From assembly GCF_009914755.1 (NCBI RefSeq), contig NC_060937.1: DNA of 64,000 bases. One strand, written 5' to 3'. This DNA is from the human T2T-CHM13v2.0 reference genome, Homo sapiens. A model generated the notes under the pieces. That model worked only from the letters and a program-made list of their open reading frames with translations, did not search any database and was not told the DNA's origin. The position numbers and the translations under genes were made by a program. This document shows positions 57,041 to 64,000 of this stretch, piece after piece; position 1 is the first letter of the stretch, and each line of letters starts with the position of its first letter.

Positions 57041-57344
57041 AGGAAAGGCATTTGACTACCCAAGGCCCTATATAAATTATAATTTATCTACATCCTTCTA
57101 TGCTTATCCTATAGAAAATATGGCCCAATCAGCAATCTTTAATCTTGGTAAAACTATTGCAACACTTCTTTTTGGTGGTTCAGTCAGAGTTAAGGAAAAC
57201 ACACTGCAGAGAAATACATTCTTCTGGCCAAATATCCTCTTATTTCTCTATTTTATTTATTTTAAAAAATGGGCTTAATAAACAAAGCTTTACCAGTCAG
57301 TAGTATAATTCTCTTTCTGGGAAGTCATCTGCTGAACTGAAAGA

Positions 57345-57475
57345 ATCATGCTGAGAAATGTCATTTCTTTCTCATTCACTACTGTATTCTTATGCTTTAC
57401 AAAATGTCTGGCACTAAGATACTTAATACGTACATTTTTCATGTCAACAAATAACTAAATTAATGAATAAATTAA
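57345..57475 (+). mobile_element. L2 3' end
   Basis: cattcactactgtattc..tgtctggcactaagatacttaata..aatgaataaat. Confidence 0.5.
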
Positions 57476-57524
57476 CAGAAGTTTGACCTTACCTTAGAAT
57501 AGCCACATCTCCAGTTCTAATACA

Positions 57525-57525
<1 letters not shown>

Positions 57526-57565
<40 letters not shown>
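57526..57565 (+). repeat. (CA)20 microsatellite
   Basis: Perfect CA run. Confidence 0.97.
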
Positions 57566-57569
<4 letters not shown>

Positions 57570-58010
57570 AGATCGCTGATCACCAATCTAGGGAAGTACG
57601 TTTTCATGGTGTTTACTAATGACTATTTGATGTTGCCCCCCAGCGCTTCTGAAATGGGTAATGGAGATGTAATCACTTAATTAATTTAAAGATAGGGTCA
57701 CACGTACTATTCTATGGCTGATTTGATTCAATCTCAGTTATGTTGTATCCCCAAAATGGGTATAAAATTCTCAGCATAGTCCCAATAACACAACACCTGT
57801 GATATTAAGTATACATAATATTTCAATATAGTATGATCTAGAAGAGAATAAGATGCTTTTATTATCAAACAGGTAATTTCATTTTCATATTTAATTTACC
57901 AAAAATAAATATTTTCATCTGTTTCTACAGAGAAATAAATTTAAATGCATATATAAACATGTACCATGCCCTCTTCCAGATACCAAACCATGTTTAAATC
58001 TCTAGATGTT

Positions 58011-58024
58011 TTGCCACCTTCCGG
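58011..58024 (-). promoter_or_regulatory. CTCF-like motif
   Basis: Minus strand CCGGAAGGTGGCAA versus core CCRSYAGRKGGCRS (12/14); motif match only. Confidence 0.35.
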
Positions 58025-58455
58025 TGCAGCTGCATGCTAGAAACTAAACATGACTGCGGTGAAAGACAACCAGGCATCGCTTGTAGGTATTGGATAAGCT
58101 CAGCATATTACTGAAAGCTTGAGAAAATCACAACATTACTTAAGACATAGTGTGATGGATGAATTCATCAATTTGCAAACAAAAATAACAGACATATTTT
58201 CCTTTATGGGCACAGGACTTTCTTAGTACATGGATGCATGAAAAATCAACACAAATAACATATCGTCTTCAAATACCAAATACCACAGTCTCTAAAGAAT
58301 ATCTGTTCCTGAAATGCTTTTGCTGCATCAAGCAAAATGAGAATGTTTGTCAAAGATGAATACAAGTAATCATGACCAGCTTGGTTACATAGGTGATTTG
58401 TGACTTCACGTGGAGTGAAAGATAAATAGATGATACAGAATCGTCATGAGGTTAT

Positions 58456-58694
58456 AGAGAACCATGAAGACAGAGACGAAAGGTAATATGGAGAGGTGAA
58501 CTTAAAGTTAGATACACAAAAATAAATATGAAGAAAAAGAAAGAAGCTTTAGGGAGGACCAGTGGACTAAAAGTGCTGTGATAGAGTATTTCTAAATTTT
58601 GAAAGAAAATAAGAGCCTTTTTGACTTCAAGAGAGATGACAGTCTATATGGACAGAATTATTTCCTTAAAGTTTTGGGAATGGTCATGGGCAAT
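58456..58694 (+). repeat. Left arm of ~240-bp inverted duplication
   Basis: Reverse-complement match to 59602-59841, about 90% identity by manual alignment, with three small indels. Confidence 0.93.
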
Positions 58695-59601
58695 TCTTCC
58701 CACTTGAGTTTCCAGTCCACACGTCCTGATTCTGGACAACAAAGTTAAAACTAGAAAGTGATGTTATTTTCTTTTTAAAATTTATTGCGCTCACCTACTT
58801 TACTTTTCTGGAATAATACTGTGTACTGTGACCTATTATTTGCAGTAGCAATGTCACTAAAATATTTTAAATATCATCATTGTTGTTTTTGCTTGGGAGA
58901 CATGTTTATTTATAGGAATTAAGACATTCTATACCTCAAAATCATTGCCAAGACTTTTAAAGTTTCCCTTGGGCTCTCTAAATATTTTCCGTGTGGAAAT
59001 AGTGATGTAACATTCTTTAAAATATTAGAAAAGACACTTGTGAGGCTAGAGAAAGTAACTAATCTAAGCTAGGAAGTGCTGCCTGAGAAATTTCAGTTCC
59101 ACTGAAAGATCTAGACTGCAGACCTTATAGAATGAGCCCAGAATCTACCTTTTATCAGTTGAAACTCTCAAGCTTTGTTGTTACTGACATTCAAACACGT
59201 CAATTATCTTCCTGATCCTAGCTTCACTCTTCATTAAAATGAAAATAATGATATTCAACTTATTGTTATGAAAAAGCTGTTTTAAAAACAATATATGGTA
59301 AAGCAGATAATACATTCATCTTGTCCCTTGATTCACAATGAATGATTGATATGTTTTAATTTTTTATTTTATATGATGATAGCTAAGAAACCTCTATTGA
59401 ATAATGTGTATACCAGAGTAATACAAGTTGGAGAGATAAAAGCATTCAGAGTAAAGAGAAAGACATTGAGAAATTGAGATAAATCTAAGGAAATGATGCA
59501 ATAAAATGACAGGCTTATGAGGGGAACTTAGGAAAATGCAATGGCTGGAAAAGGAGAAGCAAGTATGGTAACAGGAAGAGTCAAAGAAAATGAAAGAACC
59601 C

Positions 59602-59841
59602 ATTGCCCATCAGGAGGTTTACTGTCACATGACCATTCCCCAAACCTTAGGGAAATAATTCTGTTTATATAGACTGTCATCTCTCTTGAAGTCAAAAATT
59701 TCAAAATTTAGAAATATTCCATCACAGAACTTTTAGTCCTCTCTATAAAGCTTCTTTCTTTTTCTTCATATTTATTTTTGTATATTTAACTTTAAGTTCA
59801 CCTCTCCACTTTACCTTTGATCTCTGTCTTCTTGGTTCTCT
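59602..59841 (-). repeat. Right arm of ~240-bp inverted duplication
   Basis: atatagactgtcatctctcttgaagtcaaaaa is the exact reverse complement of tttttgacttcaagagagatgacagtctatat in the left arm. Confidence 0.93.
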
Positions 59842-60299
59842 TAAACATTAAATTGTTAATGGAACTCCAAATAAAGGCACAGCTTATTTTTAGTATTCAC
59901 CCCCCTACATTTCTCAATAAAATAGTTTGATAGTTCGAAAATTATGAATTTAGAAATGTATTGTCAGATTATCTGTAATGTAAATATTTTACTGCTTTTT
60001 AAAATAAAAAAATTAAAAACGCAGTTATATTTTAAAATAAACAGACAAAAATAGCCTTTTTTAACAATTTACATTTATTTTGTATACCTGTCAAATATAT
60101 TCCTTAGCAAGAGGCCCGTTCTGGAGCACCAAGTAACGTTTAATGTGGAGGTAATTTCTGCAGATGCTCTAGCTGTCAGGGCTGCTTTTAAAAGTTGTTT
60201 TCAGGGTGTCATTCACAGGCATTAACTTATGTTGTGATATTTTCTGCACCTTGACCTCACAACCTGCTTGATATGCATAACACTTTGCTCTGTCTTCAG

Positions 60300-60359
60300 A
60301 ATTTGTTGCTTAAGAATGACCTTGTCTCACGTCCTCTCACTTCATACAGTGTTGGAAAG
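60300..60359 (+). other. Candidate 60-nt internal exon (coding or lncRNA, unknown)
   Basis: gcataacactttgctctgtcttcag|AATTTG...GGAAAG|gtatgt: branch-like cataac, pyrimidine tract, strong donor, non-repetitive context. Confidence 0.35.
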
Positions 60360-61839
60360 GTATGTGCATTATTCTTGTTGATAGGCTTTCTGAATTTCTT
60401 GATAGGCTCTATGAATTTGGATGCTCATTTTTTTTTTTTTTTAGTACAGATCACTTTTCACCAATGGTGAATTACTGAGCTCACTGACACACATTCTCAA
60501 GAGCAGCTACTGTATTTAAACGTGTATGTTCATTTGAATTAGAAGAATTGCCTCATTTTTGAAGAAAATGTGCAATTGAGTTTTACTAATACGAATTATG
60601 ACTATCCCATATGAAGAAGGAAAAAGAGCCACTTTAAACTCATATTCTAGTCATTTTTATAAACCAACACTTGGATTTCTTAAGGAAAATTTCATACAAT
60701 GTTTACCAAAATTCTAATTATAAAAACAGACCAAATTTATAAAAGCTAGACCATATGCACCAAAAGGTAAAGACACTAAAAATTATGAAAGAAAATTTCA
60801 CTTTTTCCCTATTATAATAAATTGAAATGCCAAACAAATAGACTCAAGCAAGTAAAGACAATATGTAACTTAGTCCATTTAGGAATTAGTCCTGCCTCTG
60901 TGGGCAAATGGTAGATCTAAGAAACCACGTAGCATCAAGAGAATATATGCATTGGCTAAGAATCTTTATTTATGTATATTAAATAATTATATTTTTATCT
61001 CATTATGTTGCTTAATAATGACAAATGATAAGACACAATTTCTCCTCTTAAGAAGCTTTTTATATCAAATTATGTTAAATTAAAAATACCATAATCTTCT
61101 TAATCTTTAAAGAAGTGATCGTTTTAGGGTTTTTTTTTAAGTGTATGTTTGGCTGGAAATATAAGTCTAAACATAATTATTATTTAGAGATTTTGTTATG
61201 ACTGTAGTTTCATAAATACCTACATTACATTTCAATGTATTGCATGTAATATATTACATTTCAATGTATTTCAGCATTGAAATAAATTCTAAAATGCCAT
61301 TTTCACTCTTTCAAAATCAGGTTGAACAAAGAGAAATCCAGTTTCAGAGCAGGAAGAAGAATACTGATTGTGTTCAGGCTGCATAAATCATGAATCACTC
61401 AGTAGATATTCTGCGTCCCTATTTTATGTCATTCTCTAGATACACTATCTTAACTGCTTTTTTTTTTTTAACCTGTTCTTACAACACTGCATCTTATATC
61501 ACCAAGGCTATATTGTTAATTGGAGTTTCCTGGATCACAGTGCATATGCATCCCTAAAGTAACCTGTACCACTCTTTATTTTAGTAAATAGTCTGCATTC
61601 TATTTTTTTATTAAAAGTATCTAATTAAAATAAAATAATTTAAAACACATATGTTTAACTGGACACTCAGGACTGGTTCAAAAATTGAGAATTTAAGAAA
61701 AATTTACCACAACAGTAGCTTTAGTCCCCAAAGTATTATTAGTGGACTACTTTCCAAAACAGTTATTTATGCCATGTTTTCCATAAAAAATAATAATAAT
61801 AATAACAGTAAATAAATAATAAGAAAAACAAACAAACTA

Positions 61840-64000
61840 AGCAAACTGAAAACTGAGGTCACAGGGAGAACTGCAACTCCAAATATTGGAGAAAGAGACA
61901 AGTACAGAAAAACACTGCTGAGGTCAGCTTACCTGGAGCAGAACTTGTCATGTTTGTAAATTTGTGGAAATACTAAAATGGTAAGTTTGACCAATGGTAG
62001 AGTCTAATTAGCTAGGTAAGAAAGAGTTTCCTAAGATCATAGACTGAGGTAGGTTTCATACACTGTCATGTGTTTCCCCTCCAGGAACCACATCATGTTC
62101 TCATGAAGAGCCAAGAAAAAGATGCTTCATTTCTTCAGCAAGGGGAGGGAAAAATGTAATCATTTTGAAATAATACAGTGAACTATTTATAACAAAAGCC
62201 TACTCTCCAGAAAATGACCTTACCAAAGCTCATAATAGAAGGATCATTATCCAACTCCAGCCTTCGTCTTCCTATTCCACCTACAGGGGAAAGGGAGAAG
62301 CGAAACAAAGAAAAGTGTAATTAATAGAAAAAAAGTTATAAGCATGGCCTATGTTAATTCAAAAGTACTAATAAGTATCACTGTTATACATAGTCTGAAT
62401 TCACTAATAAAAGACACAGCCACAGTGATTTTAAAAAATAAAAGACACAACTATATGCTATTGTAAAGACACAAATTTAAAGCAAAAGAGTGAAGAAAGA
62501 TATGACAAAGTAACAATAGTTTTTTTTAAATTAAAAAAAGTTGGAGTAGCTATCTAAATTTCAGATAAATCATGACAACAAGGAAATTATTAGTGTCAAG
62601 AGAAGCATTAGCTAATGATAAGGGAAGTAATTCTGTAAGATGACATAACAATTTTTAATATGTATGCATTAACATTACATCATCAAAACACATGAGGCAA
62701 TAAACAGAAATGCAAAGTGAAACAGAAAAATCCATTTTTATAGCTGAAAGGTTAAACACCTTTTTTTTTTTTTTAGTAAATGAAGATCAAACAGGCAAAA
62801 CTCAGTAAGTATGTAATTAACCTGAATAGTACTATCGCTTACTCCATCCAACAATAACAAAATACACATTCTTCTCATGCTCACATGAAACATTCATTGA
62901 GAATCTCCTCTGGGTCATAAAATATACCTTACCAAATCTAAAGTCATAGAAAATATATGAAGTATGGTTGGCTACAGTGGAATTAAACTAGGAGTAAATA
63001 ACAAAGTGGTAGATGCACAATCACAAAATATTTGATGATGAAATAACATAGTTCTATATAACACATAGTCAAAACATAAGATGAATTATAATAGATTAAA
63101 ACTAAAAATATATTTTATGAAAATTTGTTTGATGCAGCTAAATAATTAAACCATATATATATTTACATATTATAAAAGTAGGAGAATATGAAATCAATAA
63201 TCTAAGTTGGAGTGTTAAAGCACTAGCGAAATAAATAAAATTTAAGCCAAAAGTAGGGAGAAGAGAGTTATAATAAAATGCACAGCTACTATAAATGAAA
63301 TTAAAACCTGGAAAACACTAGAGAACATCAATGAAACTAAAACCTGTTTCTTTAGAAAGATCAATAAACCTGACATATCACCAGCCAGATTAAAAAAGAA
63401 AAGTAAAAGATAAGAGAACCAACAAATTACCAATAAAAAAAAATTGAAAAAGGGGTCATCATTACTAATCCCCATGAATATTAATAAGATAATAAAGAAA
63501 TACACTGAACAACTCTATACCTACAAATTGAAAGATTATTATTTTTTCTTTTTTGGGAGAACAGAGTCTTGCTATGTTGCCCAGGCTGGTCTCAAACTCC
63601 TGGGCTCAAACTATCCTCACACTTCTGCTTCCCTAAGTTCTAGGATATCAGGCATGAAATACCATGCCTGGCTCAAATTTGATAATTTTGATGAAATTGA
63701 GAGATACATTAAAGGAAGTATATTGCCAAAACTAACACACGAGTACTACCAATCTTACTAGGCCTATCACGTTAATTACACTGAAACAATAATTAAAAAC
63801 CTAACAAAAATAAATCACCAAGCCCAGATAATTTCACCAGTGAATTCTATAAAACTATTAAAGAGAAAATAGAAACTCTCTCCAAACTATTCCAGAAAAT
63901 ACAAGTAGAGGAAACACTTCTTCACTAATCCTATAAAGCCAGCAATACCTTAATATGAAAAACAGAAAAAGACATTGAAAGGAAACTATAGACCAATGTT
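61840..64000 (+). mobile_element. Old L1M (L1MC/M4-like) 5' region and ORF2 endonuclease part, running off window end
   Basis: caactatatgct, gttggagtagctat..atttcagataaa, aatacacattcttctcatgctcacatgaaacattc, agaaagatcaataaacctgac, caagcccagataatttcaccagtgaattcta. Confidence 0.85.
63536..63673 (-). mobile_element. FLAM_C (Alu monomer) inserted in L1M
   Basis: gtcttgctatgttgcccaggctggtctcaaactcctgggctcaa..accatgcctggct; degenerate TSD caaattga / caaatttga. Confidence 0.88.

Noticed and set aside
58456-59841. Pack-MULE or long-TIR transposon interpretation of the inverted duplication
   Set aside because: No TSD found, no transposase remnant and ragged arm ends; kept only as a testable alternative

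Overview
This is primate nuclear genomic DNA (an AluY is present, so catarrhine, probably human or great ape). It is very AT-rich and CpG-poor, with no CpG island, no RNA gene I can recognise and no credible protein-coding ORF. The supplied ORFs are Alu read-through, decayed L1/Tigger1 fragments or chance. The window looks like a long intron or gene desert dominated by transposons. These include 9 near-full Alus plus an Alu fragment and a FLAM, a ~5 kb decayed L1PA13-16, several L1 pieces, an ERVL pol remnant, MaLR/ERVL solo LTRs, Tigger1, L2, MIR and a CR1/L3 RT fossil. Subfamily names come from recalled consensus sequences and boundaries are approximate. Notable structure not explained by repeats: a ~240 bp inverted duplication (58.5 kb/59.7 kb), a 24-nt SRRM4-type microexon candidate, a 60-nt exon candidate, a Tigger1-derived cryptic exon followed by (UG)20, a ~100-nt hairpin, templated-insertion scars and a GGAA microsatellite. 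I cannot name a host gene or fix its strand, and I found no convincing new biological system.
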